The notes beneath the pieces are model-generated. The model ran no database searches. It saw only the letters and a list, made by a program, of their open reading frames with translations, and was not told the origin of the DNA. Positions 1 through 10,050 of a stretch of DNA of 64,000 bases are shown here, one piece after another (positions within the stretch are counted from its first letter, which is position 1; each line of letters begins with the position of its first letter). Position numbers and translations under genes: made by a program. The DNA comes from an uncultured Spirochaetota bacterium (lineage in GTDB: Bacteria > Spirochaetota > Brevinematia > Brevinematales > JAOACQ01): assembly GCA_963835575.1 (NCBI GenBank), contig CAWIGG010000004.1, positions 672,001 through 736,000 of the forward strand, in the 5' to 3' direction.

Positions 1-887
1 CTTATTACGAAGCGGAGAAGAAGCGGGTATCAAGGCGGAAAAAGATTTACGATAGTGTTTTGAACCAAATCGATGAATACAAAAAACAGGTAGAGAGAGG
101 GGAAAAGACAGACGAAGAATTCACCAACCTGACTGATCCCGAAAGCAAGCTGATGTCTGGAAATCCGCATAGTGTGTTTATACAGGGATATAATTCGGCG
201 ATGATGGTCAGTAATAATGATGTGATTATAGATTTTGAAGCAATCACAACACCGGAAAAACAGCATACGGAAGAAATGGTAAAGAGGGTGGAACAGAAAA
301 AAGCGGAATTAAAAGTTGATAAGGCTAGCAAATACCTTTTTGATTCGGGTTTTCAGGACATGGAAGAGACAATCCGGATGGTGGAGGAAGGAAAAGACCT
401 TTATGTGGATACGAAAGAGCGGGATTTCAGTGATAAATCACAGAAGCGAAGAGACTTTAAACTGGAAAAGATTGATGACGAATATATCCTGGGATGCCGG
501 GGCGGCCGTAAGGAAAATGGGTATTTAGATCGAAATAACCAAAGATATACATTTTTGTATTCACGGAAGGGCTGTGAAAGATGTCCATTTTTCAGTGAGT
601 GTTATAAAAACATCAAACCGAAAACACAGCAAAAGACAGTAATTTTCAGTGAGTTTGAATTGAATAATCGGTCTAAGATTGATGCTTATTTAACAAAACT
701 TTACAGCGAAGAAGGGCAAAAGATATACAACCGCAGGATAGGTAAAGAACACGTATTTTCAAACATCAAAACACAGAAGGGTTATGTTCAGACAGTTTAC
801 AGAGGTCAACGGAAAGTGAATTTGGAGCTATGCTGGGTATCCCTTGCGCATAATTTTATGAAATATGCCCAATATTTGAGAAAATAG
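1..887 (+). CDS. IS1182-family DDE transposase, 5' part outside the window
   Basis: Frame is open from base 3 (YYEAEKKR...). Motifs LTDPESKLM, GYN, DSGF, CxxCP and YNRRIGKEHVFSNIK are typical of IS1182-type transposases. Confidence 0.85.
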   Translation, partial: YYEAEKKRVSRRKKIYDSVLNQIDEYKKQVERGEKTDEEFTNLTDPESKLMSGNPHSVFIQGYNSAMMVSNNDVIIDFEAITTPEKQHTEEMVKRVEQKKAELKVDKASKYLFDSGFQDMEETIRMVEEGKDLYVDTKERDFSDKSQKRRDFKLEKIDDEYILGCRGGRKENGYLDRNNQRYTFLYSRKGCERCPFFSECYKNIKPKTQQKTVIFSEFELNNRSKIDAYLTKLYSEEGQKIYNRRIGKEHVFSNIKTQKGYVQTVYRGQRKVNLELCWVSLAHNFMKYAQYLRK

Positions 888-1019
888 AGAGGATTTTGTA
901 TAGTCTGAGTATCGATTATTCGAAATTTATTATTAAAATCAGCTAAGCTGACAAAATTTTTATTTGCCCGCTTATTGTAAGGGGCTGGTTTGACTCCGAA
1001 AATGAAATAACCGACAGGC
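1..1019 (+). mobile_element. Right part of an IS1182-family insertion sequence
   Basis: Transposase is followed by ~130 bp ending in ...CCGACAGGC, where an unrelated minus-strand CMD gene is cut off. The right end is inferred from that junction. Confidence 0.6.
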
Positions 1020-1020
1020 A

Positions 1021-1248
1021 AGCTCCGGAAGATAAAGCATTATTCATATGATTCGCAAGGCAGGGTAAACATCAGGTTGCAATTGCCGCGGCAACTGCTA
1101 TCAATTCTTTAAACTTCCTGTCTAACACTCCATGCTTATAATATCTTTTCATTAGCTCATTAAATCCAGCAAAAAGATCCGGTGCTTCTTTTTCCAGCCT
1201 GTCTCTATTTTTTGTTCTATTTATAAGGATTTCTTTGGCTTTTTCCAT
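1021..1248 (-). pseudogene. Carboxymuconolactone decarboxylase/AhpD-like protein with an internal TGA, truncated by the IS
   Basis: RBS GGGAGG, ATG at 1248. Translates MEKAKEILINRTKNRDRLEKEAPDLFAGFNELMKRYYKHGVLDRKFKELIAVAAAIAT*CLPCLANHMNNALSSGA and then enters IS sequence. Not in the ORF track. Confidence 0.75.
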
Positions 1249-1263
1249 TTTTTACCTCCCATA

Positions 1264-1279
1264 TGTTTCACGTGAAACA
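1264..1279. promoter_or_regulatory. parS: parS centromere-like site (ParB loading site)
   Basis: Exact consensus TGTTTCACGTGAAACA inside a perfect 22-bp palindrome (1261-1282), 2.9 kb from parB. Confidence 0.93.
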
Positions 1280-1299
1280 TATTTTAATTTTTTAGAACA

Positions 1300-1818
1300 T
1301 TATATCCTTTTAGACATTCTTTTATTAATTGCCTCATTATTTATTTCAACATATTCACAGCCGGGACTTCTGCCACATTTCTGGCATACATTGTTATATG
1401 CAGAATTAATTGTACGGCACTCCGGACAGGAATAATGCTCTATCGTTTTTTTAAACCATTTTTTATACCCTGCCTTTTTTATCGTTTCCTGAAATTTCCA
1501 TAATTCAATCCTATGGGGATAAAGCGATTGAAATTTAATTAAATCTTCACAGGGATATTCAACACATTCAACACAAAAATCCAATCCTTTTTCTGCAACG
1601 CATTTCTTCATTTTACATGTGTGTTTTACAATAGTTTATAATTACACTGGAACGGCAGACATTACAACTTATTTCTTCAACAGGTTTATTAAAGTTACTG
1701 GCAATTACTTTTAATCTCTCAGGATCTTCATCTGAAGCTATATAGATAGAACATGACGGACAAAAAGCCCATAAACAGCAGAAACCTTTAAATCCGGCTT
1801 TAAATTTGTTTTATTTAC
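1300..1818 (-). pseudogene. Cys-rich DUF3795-like protein, frameshifted, with the 5' end hit by IS5
   Basis: ORF 1300-1611 (KKCVAEKGLDFCVECVEYPC) continues upstream in other frames (KPDLKVSAVYGLF / CPSCSLSIASDEDPERLK...SCNVCRS...YCKT). A candidate RBS GGAGG lies on the far side of the IS5 at ~3132-3136. Confidence 0.65.
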
Positions 1819-1822
1819 ATTA

Positions 1823-3120
1823 GAAGACCTTTGCATAATTGACTAATCCCCTGCTATCCGTCCCGGATAAAAAATTTAAATTCAGATTTAGCATAGAATT
1901 TGATGATTTCTATCACCGTTAACCCGAAACATTAAGGATTTCCAGGTGTTTTTCAGCTTTATCCCGCTGAAAAAGGGCTTTTGGGCGCAGTTCACCCTAT
2001 ACCTCAAAACATATTCTTGCCGCTTTTTTTAAATTTAATGCCATTGCTTTTAAATAAAACTCCATTTCTCCTTTCTCGCATCCCAGATAACGCATTCTCT
2101 TAAAACCGTAGTGTTGTTTGAGTATGCCGGTTGTCTGTTCTACAATATAGCGAAACCCGCTGATTAAACGATTGAATATCTTCTCTCGTTCTGTCAAAGC
2201 CCAGCCTCGAGCCGCTTTTCTCATAATCCTGCTTTTCATCTTTTTTTCTTTAAGCATGTCCCGATTTTCCTGGCTTGCATATCCTTTATCTGCTGCTACT
2301 GATGATTTTTCCTTTAATCCAATTTCTTCTACAACCTGTTTTATTTCGTTCATGTCTGAAATATTCGCGCTTGTTACATGACCTCCAAGAATAAATCCGT
2401 TCTGATCGTCTACCGCCATATGCAACTTATAACCATAAACAACTTTTTTCCCCTTGACCAGCCATTTCGCGTCTGTGTCATCAGAGTAAGTTATATTTGG
2501 ATTGGAAGCTTCTGCTTTTTCTTCCTCTTTGCGATCTAGAGGAATACTTTCCGTTTCCACTACCTTTCGCGGTCGTCTTGCCGACTCTATCACTGTAGCG
2601 TCTACAATCGCACCCTTTTTAATTAGTAACTCTTGTTCCTCTAACTGGCGATTGATTTCGTTAAAGAGCTTTTCGTAAACTCCCAATTCCTTCAATTCAT
2701 TTCGAAACCTGCAAATTGTACTGTGATCAGGCACATCACTTGCAAGCGATAAGCCTACAAAGCGTGACGCTGGTATCCAGTTGAGCAGATATTCTTCTGT
2801 CACAGGGTCTGAGAGATCATACCATGTCTGTAAAAGTAGAACTTTAAACATCACAAGACTCGGATAAGCAGGGCTCCCTACCGCATTAAAGTACTTCTTG
2901 TATTTCTTACGGATTATCTTCTCGATTTTTGTCCAGTCGATCAGTATTAATACTTGGTCTAAAAATGTGATGCCTTTCTGCTTTCGGGAATTGATCTCAT
3001 AATCTGCCCAACCGTCAGGCTTTGTTTTTATCGCCATATTAACCTCTCCCCTAACAGTATATTATGGCATATATTGAAATTATACACTCCTTTTTATCAA
3101 TTTACCGTGCAAAGGTCTCC
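1823..3120 (-). mobile_element. IS5-family insertion sequence, 1298 bp
   Basis: Terminal IRs GAAGACCTTTGCA / TGCAAAGGTCTCC (12/13). 4-bp target duplication ATTA at 1819-1822 and 3121-3124. Confidence 0.9.
1997..3037 (-). CDS. IS5-family transposase
   Basis: LQTWYDLSD, VPDHSTICRFR, IVDATVIES, DTDAKW, YGYKLH, ADKGY and RYIVEQ motifs. Confidence 0.93.
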   Translation of the reverse strand: MAIKTKPDGWADYEINSRKQKGITFLDQVLILIDWTKIEKIIRKKYKKYFNAVGSPAYPSLVMFKVLLLQTWYDLSDPVTEEYLLNWIPASRFVGLSLASDVPDHSTICRFRNELKELGVYEKLFNEINRQLEEQELLIKKGAIVDATVIESARRPRKVVETESIPLDRKEEEKAEASNPNITYSDDTDAKWLVKGKKVVYGYKLHMAVDDQNGFILGGHVTSANISDMNEIKQVVEEIGLKEKSSVAADKGYASQENRDMLKEKKMKSRIMRKAARGWALTEREKIFNRLISGFRYIVEQTTGILKQHYGFKRMRYLGCEKGEMEFYLKAMALNLKKAARICFEV

Positions 3121-3284
3121 ATTATTATGTTCCTCCAATAAAAATTTAAGTCATCTTAAATGGAAATAATTAATTCTGAACAAAATCAACAACTTTAATT
3201 TAAAGATAAAAAATCTGCCATGAAGTTATTAACCGCTCAATTTTGACAGACAATAAAAGATAAATAAAGGTCTATAAAAATAAA

Positions 3285-3321
3285 AGGCGGTTCCGAAAAC
3301 TATGGGTTTTGGGAACTACCT
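3285..3321. repeat. Short palindromic element of the GGCAGTTCYAAAA family, possibly acting as terminator
   Basis: AGGCGGTTCCGAAAAC-tatgg-GTTTTGGGAACTACCT; related copies at 48298 and 48425. Confidence 0.55.
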
Positions 3322-3333
3322 TTGAATAATTTT

Positions 3334-3843
3334 TTATATTTTTAAATCTTCTATGCGGGCTATAAAATTCTGCATTACAGGTTCAAAACCAAGTGAACGC
3401 CAGGTTTTTTCTGCCTCATAATTATTGATGACTGTGTCCAGCGTAAATAGGTTAATATTTTTTTCCTTATAATATTCGACAATATCTTTTAATAAAGATT
3501 TACAAATACCCGAGTTTCTATACGCATAATCAACCCAGACACCATCTATTTGAACAGAAAGAGGAGTTGTAAAATATTCATGCCGGTTTAACCGGGCCGC
3601 CATCATTCCAATGCTTTGATTTGATAAAACATCTTTTACAATTAATATTTTAATATTATTATCATTTAATAGAATTTCATAATCCCTTTGCAAAAGGTCT
3701 TTAAGATCATCTTTGTATCGTAAAGTTTTACTATTAGCTGTGTCCATATGCTTCTGTAATAATATCCGCATCCGGATTAATTCCGGAATATCATTAAATT
3801 CCGCATTTTTTATTATATATTGGATTTCATTTTTCTGCTTCAT
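3334..3843 (-). CDS. GNAT-family N-acetyltransferase
   Basis: VWVDYAYRNSGICKSLL acetyl-CoA motif A and N..AEKTWRSLGF; RBS GGAGG. Confidence 0.85.
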   Translation of the reverse strand: MKQKNEIQYIIKNAEFNDIPELIRMRILLQKHMDTANSKTLRYKDDLKDLLQRDYEILLNDNNIKILIVKDVLSNQSIGMMAARLNRHEYFTTPLSVQIDGVWVDYAYRNSGICKSLLKDIVEYYKEKNINLFTLDTVINNYEAEKTWRSLGFEPVMQNFIARIEDLKI

Positions 3844-4151
3844 TACTATCCTCCAAAATAATATATATGATATTGATTTTATTACTTAATCTTAGAGATT
3901 ACAAACATATTAAATTTAAAAACGGACAAATTTAGTAATTAATTTCTAAGCCCATTAAAACCAGTAATAACTTATTTGCTTACAAGCAAATAAGTTATAT
4001 CATCTTTTTCCCGGAAATATTTATAGTATAATATTGAAATTAACCAATATTATCTCCCATCTCTTTATCCTATTTACACATGTCCGGCAAAGCAAAACAG
4101 TAAGATATAATAATAGAAAAGCATCATTTTAATAAGAGTGTGTTTATGATT

Positions 4152-5012
4152 TTATTTTTTTTCAGAAATGAAGCGGAAAATATTTTCCAGTTCATTTTTA
4201 GAAAAGTAATGAATTTCAATCTTTCCTTTATTCTTAGTTCCTTTTATTTCTACCTTCGCGCCTATGGCTTTAATAAACCGTTCCTGAATATCCTCAATTC
4301 CTGTATCTTTTTTCTTAACTTTCTCCTGTGCTGCCGTTTTTTCCGGCTTTTTCCCAAAAGTCTTCCCTTCTTTTTCAGCTTCCCTGACCGAAAGCCCTTC
4401 TTCAATTATATAACTTGTAAAATCAATAATCTTATCCAAATCCTCAATCGTTAATATTGCGCGCGCATGGCCTTCCGTCAGTTCGCCAGAAACAATTTTA
4501 TCCCTGACATATTCGGGCAGTTTAAGGAGCCTGAGAGTATTTGTCACAGAACTTCTGTCTTTACCGATCTTCCTGGCAAACTCATCCTGACTTATATTAA
4601 GTCTTTCAATAATCTCATTAAATGCTTCTGCCTTTTCAACAGGATTTAGATCTTCCCTCTGGATATTTTCTATTAATGCTATTTCGAGACGGTCCTCATC
4701 AGGAAAGTCTTTGATTATAACCGGCATTTCGATCAATCCCGCCATCTTTGAAGCACGCCATCGCCTTTCACCGGCAACAAGCTCATATCTTCCGTCTCCC
4801 AGTTCAGTCACGATGATCGGCTGTATGACTCCTTTTTCACGGATAGAATCCGCCAGTTCCCTAAGGGCTTCTTCATCAAACTTTTTTCTCGGCTGGTACC
4901 TGTTCGGCATGATTTTATTGATATCAATTTTATTGATATCTCTATTATCCTCTTTTATGCCTTCCTGATCATCCAGAAGGGCCATCATTCCTTTACCTAA
5001 TCCATGCTTCAT
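4152..5012 (-). CDS. parB: Chromosome partitioning protein ParB/Spo0J
   Basis: GLGKG N-terminus, PNRYQPRKKF, LVAGERRWRA arginine patch, ENIQREDLNPVE and HTH. Confidence 0.97.
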   Translation of the reverse strand: MKHGLGKGMMALLDDQEGIKEDNRDINKIDINKIMPNRYQPRKKFDEEALRELADSIREKGVIQPIIVTELGDGRYELVAGERRWRASKMAGLIEMPVIIKDFPDEDRLEIALIENIQREDLNPVEKAEAFNEIIERLNISQDEFARKIGKDRSSVTNTLRLLKLPEYVRDKIVSGELTEGHARAILTIEDLDKIIDFTSYIIEEGLSVREAEKEGKTFGKKPEKTAAQEKVKKKDTGIEDIQERFIKAIGAKVEIKGTKNKGKIEIHYFSKNELENIFRFISEKK

Positions 5013-5015
5013 ATT

Positions 5016-5786
5016 TTACATCCCGTTCTTTTTTAAAAATTCTCTGCCAAATTCCATGTATGCTTCTGAGCCCTGACTTTTCGAATCATATTCAAATATT
5101 GAAATACCATGGCTTGGAGCTTCACTCAGACGAACATTCCTTGGAATGATAGTCTCATAAACTTTTTCTTTAAAATAGTTTTTAACTTCTTCCGTAACCT
5201 GTTTGGAAAGATTTGTTCTTGAATCATACATCGTTATAAGAACCCCTTCCACAGCGAGGTTTTTATTAGGACCGCTTTTTACCAGTTTAATAGCTTTCAG
5301 CAGTTGAGCAAGACCTTCCATCGCATAAAACTCGCTCTGCATTGGAATGAGCACGCTTTCTGCAGCTACCAGACCGTTTAATGTAAAAAGGCCCAAAGAC
5401 GGAGGAGTATCTATGAGTATAAAATCAAATTCATTTTTTACCGTTGCTAATGCTTCTTTCAGTATAAATTCTTTTCTCGGCGCATTGATCAGTTCAACCT
5501 GGGCTCCGGCTAAATCCAGAGTTACCGGAACAATTTTTAATTTAAGATATTTCGTGCCGACAATAACATCTTTAATTTTTTTCTGGCCCAGCAGGACTTC
5601 ATAAATACCGTTTCCATTCCTTTCCTGGATATCAACTCCCAGACCGCTGCAAGAATTCCCTTGCGGATCAATATCCACTAATAATGTATTTTTTCCCTCA
5701 CGGGATAAAAATGTTGCCAAATTAACGGCGGTAGTGGTCTTTCCAACCCCTCCCTTCTGATTCGCTATCGCGACAATCCTGGCCAT
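5016..5786 (-). CDS. parA: Chromosome partitioning ATPase ParA/Soj
   Basis: NQKGGVGKTT deviant Walker A, DIDPQGN, IDTPPSLG, IPRNVRLSEAPSHG. Start set at ATG 5786 after GGAGG. Confidence 0.97.
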   Translation of the reverse strand: MARIVAIANQKGGVGKTTTAVNLATFLSREGKNTLLVDIDPQGNSCSGLGVDIQERNGNGIYEVLLGQKKIKDVIVGTKYLKLKIVPVTLDLAGAQVELINAPRKEFILKEALATVKNEFDFILIDTPPSLGLFTLNGLVAAESVLIPMQSEFYAMEGLAQLLKAIKLVKSGPNKNLAVEGVLITMYDSRTNLSKQVTEEVKNYFKEKVYETIIPRNVRLSEAPSHGISIFEYDSKSQGSEAYMEFGREFLKKNGM

Positions 5787-5875
5787 GTGTCCTCCGCGTT
5801 TTGAATAACCATTATTATAAATTATACGAGAAAGAAGATAAAAATTCAATAAAAGGACATGGATTAAAAAAGATG

Positions 5876-6790
5876 CCTAAACTGATCGATTCTTTTATTA
5901 ATTCAAAAAATCGGCCTGTTAAACGGGTGGGGTTTTAGAAATTTTAAGGAGTGAGATATTACCCATCCAATTTAAAGTACAAGACCCTTTAGAAAAGGTC
6001 CTTATTTGTTGAAATTTTAGTTTTGAGCGCAATACCCCCTTATCCGGTTTTTTAGCTTTAATAATTTATATTGGGACAACGAACAGGCATTTGTCCCAAA
6101 CTTTAAATAGTCCCAATTCGTCTATTACTTCATGCCGAAATTTCAATACAATTTTTCTGCTTCTTCTTACGATCTTTCCGGCTATGTCAATAAAAAGCCG
6201 TCTTACAGTGCCCGGATAACTGCCAATTGGTACGCTATCTGAAAGCGCGTCTTCCTGCATAGCAATTAATAAATTACGGGATATCAGCATCAGAAAATAG
6301 TATGCGGCATTTGAGATAAACCTTTTGAAAGGGAGTGTTTCAACCGCAAACTCCTTCACGCTTCGATTTACCAATTCATCCTTCGCCCTTAAGAGATAAA
6401 GTTCGATAATCTCTTTAGCCGGCAAATATTTTCCAGGTTCCGCATTTTCCAGCAAATCCTGATTATATAAATTTGTGTAAATTAAATTATCCGGTTTCGC
6501 AAAATCCAGAAGGTACTCATCTCCATTATTTGCCCTTTTACAGTAAATCGCCCGGCGGCCTTTGCTCCATTTCTCCCGTTTGTCTCTAAAATCACAATAT
6601 TCCCAGACATCGCCTTTTCTCTCAAAATTGCTCCAGCCTTGCGGAAGCTTGCGGATCAAATCCAGTTTGATGTCGTTGTACATTGTACCGCCGCAGATAT
6701 AGTAATGTCCGTTTTCTTCCATCCATTCATAGTATTTCTGATCATTGAACCCACTATCTGAAACAACAATAACCGGCACGTCTTTATTGA
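5876..6790 (-). mobile_element. Truncated IS1380-family element (3' half of a transposase, ~6066-6790)
   Basis: DSGF, Y..RAKDELVNRSVKE, F.SNAAYY and RRLFIDIAGKIVRRSRKIVLK are IS1380-type C-terminal motifs. The N-terminal half is absent. End at CCTAAACTGATCG (5876) is tentative. Not identical to the intact IS1380 copies. Confidence 0.7.
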
Positions 6791-7857
6791 AGGTCTTTAT
6801 TAATGATGTCAATCCATTCTTTTGCTTTACCGGTATAAATTCCATCCGGGTGTTTTTCCTGAAGATCTTTAAAAAGTTTAATTGCTTCCTGTTTTTTCTT
6901 CCATTCATAAAAAAGAACAGCTTTATTATAAAGAGCTTCTTCATCACTATTTGTCATGGAATTTTGTAATGCTTTATCCAGGAATAGAGCGGCATTTTTA
7001 TAGTCCTTATTTATTGCATATATATCTGCAATCTTGATCAGCCCTTGATCTGCTGCAGGGTCTTGAGGAAATATGTTTATAATATTTAAAAAATATTGAA
7101 TCGCTTTTTGATACTCTTTGCTTTTTTTTAAAACCTCGGCGTAAAAAAAAGACTGCTTGATAAAAGCACTTTTCATTCTTTCATATCTTTCAGTTTTAGG
7201 GTAAGCGTTAAAATAATTCAAATACTCCTGTATAGCCTGCGGATAATAGCCCTGTTCAATATAAACCCTGGCCCTTCCTATCATGTCTTCTTCATCAGGG
7301 CCATTATTAAAATATGTGACTGCGTTAATATAATCTTTTTTATAAAAATACTGATATGCTAAATAGACTGCTAGAAAAGGCTTTTTACTATTATCTGCTT
7401 TTAAATAAGCGTCCTCAAGATAATTTAAAACAACAGGGTCATACTTTTCATATTCCTTTGAAATAGCGCCTAATAAAACAACAGCGTCGACAAAATCGGC
7501 GCTATCCCGGGGTGAGCCCGCGAAAATTTTCTGTAAAATTTGTCTGGCTTTATTATAATCTCTTTGATCATAAAACACCCCCGCTGTTATAGAAAGTACT
7601 TTGTATTGAAAATCGCTCTCAGGATAGTCAGTTAGGAAATCTGAGGATAAATCCAGCGTTTTCTGGTAATCCTTCATCTCATAAGCGGATTTAATTTTCT
7701 TGTATAGCTCTTCATCTCTTTTTCCGATTAATAATCCCGAATGATTTGAATATTTTATAAAAAGTTTTGAATTCAGCATGAAAAAAGATAAAACACCCAC
7801 CATTATCAAAAGAAGTATAAAACCCCAAAAAGCCAGCCACTTTTCTCCGCTATTCAT
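6784..7857 (-). CDS. Membrane-anchored tetratricopeptide-repeat protein (BamD/CpoB-like repeats)
   Basis: N-terminal TM helix and repeated Y..A...F..YP TPR motifs. Alternative start at 7872. Confidence 0.8.
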   Translation of the reverse strand: MNSGEKWLAFWGFILLLIMVGVLSFFMLNSKLFIKYSNHSGLLIGKRDEELYKKIKSAYEMKDYQKTLDLSSDFLTDYPESDFQYKVLSITAGVFYDQRDYNKARQILQKIFAGSPRDSADFVDAVVLLGAISKEYEKYDPVVLNYLEDAYLKADNSKKPFLAVYLAYQYFYKKDYINAVTYFNNGPDEEDMIGRARVYIEQGYYPQAIQEYLNYFNAYPKTERYERMKSAFIKQSFFYAEVLKKSKEYQKAIQYFLNIINIFPQDPAADQGLIKIADIYAINKDYKNAALFLDKALQNSMTNSDEEALYNKAVLFYEWKKKQEAIKLFKDLQEKHPDGIYTGKAKEWIDIINKDLQ

Positions 7858-7868
7858 CAGAACTACCC

Positions 7869-8675
7869 TCATTTTTTAAACTTTTTCTGGAATTCTTCCA
7901 TTGAGATATTTGTTTTTGAAAGAACTTCCTTCTCAATTTTAATATTAATGTTTGTAAATCCAAAAATAACCGGTATAGTATTTTGATTTTTATCCGGTTT
8001 TATAATTTTAAAATCATTTGCAATTATTGTATAATAATATGGAATCCCATATTTTAGATCATCGTCTTCAATGTATAATTCATTGTTTACTTCCTTATAT
8101 GGCGCCATCTGAAATAAAAGTTGTTCGTCTGAAATAAGGTTTGTTGTTCTATACACTGAGAATTTAATGCTTTGGTCTGAATCTGCATTGTAATCCCAGA
8201 AAAGCATGACCTGTCCGGTGTTAGTTTTTATAAAAATATTATTAACTGCTGTATACCCTTCATTAATATTATCTTTATTGCTGATAATAATCGGGTTAAG
8301 CATATAATTGAGTTCCGGCCTGAGATCATCCTCTGAAAATTTAGTCGGCATAGGCAAAACTGCCAAATAAAATTCGCCCTCTTCTCCCTTAAGATCTAAA
8401 AAAAACAAAAATTTGTATATACTTTTTTCCTTCACTCCGTCATGGTTCGTAATAACAATCCTTAAAGAATTACTTAAAACAGACAGGTTATAAATGGGCA
8501 TTTTTTTATTTCTATAAATATTAAATATACCATGATTTGTATTTGCGTTCCATTCAATTTTTATTTTCCCGTCGCTTTTTGTCACTGTCAACTTTGTGGT
8601 ATACATATCTTCTGAATATAAATTAAAAAAAAATAGAAATAAAAAAATAACAGTAAGAATGACAGAAGCTTTCAT
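7869..8675 (-). CDS. Exported hypothetical protein with two beta-sandwich-like repeats
   Basis: Signal-like N-terminus (MKASVILTVIFLFL). Internal repeat IEW...FNIYRN / LFW...FSVYRT. Confidence 0.6.
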   Translation of the reverse strand: MKASVILTVIFLFLFFFNLYSEDMYTTKLTVTKSDGKIKIEWNANTNHGIFNIYRNKKMPIYNLSVLSNSLRIVITNHDGVKEKSIYKFLFFLDLKGEEGEFYLAVLPMPTKFSEDDLRPELNYMLNPIIISNKDNINEGYTAVNNIFIKTNTGQVMLFWDYNADSDQSIKFSVYRTTNLISDEQLLFQMAPYKEVNNELYIEDDDLKYGIPYYYTIIANDFKIIKPDKNQNTIPVIFGFTNINIKIEKEVLSKTNISMEEFQKKFKK

Positions 8676-8936
8676 TAAAACCGCCTTTCCTTTATTATAA
8701 TATTTTCGGTATGAAGAAGTGTCTTCTAAAGGCAACCAGTCTATCTGGTCTGTGCGTAAAAAAGTGCGTGCCTATTGCGGAACCCGTTTCTTCAGTTTGC
8801 GGAACAACGCATAGAAAAAGATAAAAAAAATAAACCGGGGAAAGAAGCTCTAAAGATGGGAAAACAGGACACGAAAAGAACAGGTTACGTACAAAAAAAA
8901 ACATGCCAAACATACGACAGGCTAAAAACTTAAATC

Positions 8937-8965
8937 TTGATAAGTTTAAAAAGAAGAGTTACTAT
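8937..8965 (+). promoter_or_regulatory. Putative sigma70 promoter of dgt
   Basis: TTGATA-17 bp-TACTAT, 30 bp before the ATG. Confidence 0.5.
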
Positions 8966-8994
8966 TATATACTAATAAATACAGGATATAAAAA

Positions 8995-10035
8995 ATGAAG
9001 TATATTAGAAATAATATAGAAGAAAGGGAAAAGATATTTCTTTCAAAACTTGCATCACAAAGCATCAATTCAAGAGGAAGAAAATTTAAAGAAGCTTTAG
9101 ATCCGCTTAGAACAGAATATATGAGAGACAGAGATAGAATAATACACTCTGAATCTTTCAGAAGATTAAAACATAAAACCCAGGTTTTCTTATCTCCGAC
9201 AAACGATACTTTTAGAACACGGCTTACGCATACTTTAGAGGTTTCTCAAATAGCAAGAACTATATCAAGAGCACTGGGATTGAATGAAGATTTAACTGAA
9301 GCAATAGCGCTGGGGCATGATGTTGGTCATACGCCTTTCGGGCATTCGGGTGAGCAGGTTATAAGAGAAGAGGCATATCCAGATTTTAAACATTCAGAAC
9401 AAAGTGTCAGAGTTTTAGAAAAACTCGAGAAAAAACGAAAAGGTTTAAATTTAACAATAGAAGTACTGGATGGTATAAAAAAACACTCCAAGACAGGAAA
9501 AAGTTCAATTATGCCGCAGGGACAAAAGGATTATCCTCTAACAATTGAGGGAGAAGTTGTACGAGTGTCGGATATAATAGCTTATGTCAATCATGATGTT
9601 GATGATGCGGTTAAATCTGGGATTCTTAAAGAAGAAGATTTACCTAAAGATACGAAACAAATATTAGGAAGAAAACATTCGGAAAGGATAAACACTCTGG
9701 TACAGGATGTAATCAAAAACAGTATGAATGAAAGACATATTTGTTTAAGTAAAGAAGTTTTACAGGTAACAGAAAATTTTAGAGATTTCCTTTACACAAA
9801 TGTTTATAAACATCCTGTTATCATCAGCGAAATGGATAAGGCGAAAAACATACTTTATGAGCTTTATCATTTCCTCATGAAAAACATGAATATTGTTTAT
9901 CAGATGCTTAATCTCTTTCACTATACTTCAGATGAAGACGAAAAGAGGGCTTTAGTTGATTATATTGCATTGATGACAGATAATGAAGCGGTCAATTTGT
10001 TTTATAAGTATTTTATTCCCAAATCTTTTTACTAA
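8995..10035 (+). CDS. dgt: Deoxyguanosinetriphosphate triphosphohydrolase (HD family, short form)
   Basis: RDRDRIIHSESFRRLKHKTQVF, RTRLTHTLEV, GHDVGHTPFGHSGE and AYVNHDVDDA. Confidence 0.93.
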   Translation: MKYIRNNIEEREKIFLSKLASQSINSRGRKFKEALDPLRTEYMRDRDRIIHSESFRRLKHKTQVFLSPTNDTFRTRLTHTLEVSQIARTISRALGLNEDLTEAIALGHDVGHTPFGHSGEQVIREEAYPDFKHSEQSVRVLEKLEKKRKGLNLTIEVLDGIKKHSKTGKSSIMPQGQKDYPLTIEGEVVRVSDIIAYVNHDVDDAVKSGILKEEDLPKDTKQILGRKHSERINTLVQDVIKNSMNERHICLSKEVLQVTENFRDFLYTNVYKHPVIISEMDKAKNILYELYHFLMKNMNIVYQMLNLFHYTSDEDEKRALVDYIALMTDNEAVNLFYKYFIPKSFY

Positions 10036-10050
10036 GATTTACGAGGGGTT

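Noticed and set aside
6790..6947. N-terminal part of ORF 6066-6947 as part of the transposase
   Set aside because: It is an alternative frame of the TPR gene; transposase-like sequence starts only near 6790.
5787..8994. oriC near parAB or at the strand switch
   Set aside because: No cluster of TTATCCACA DnaA boxes and no dnaA seen.
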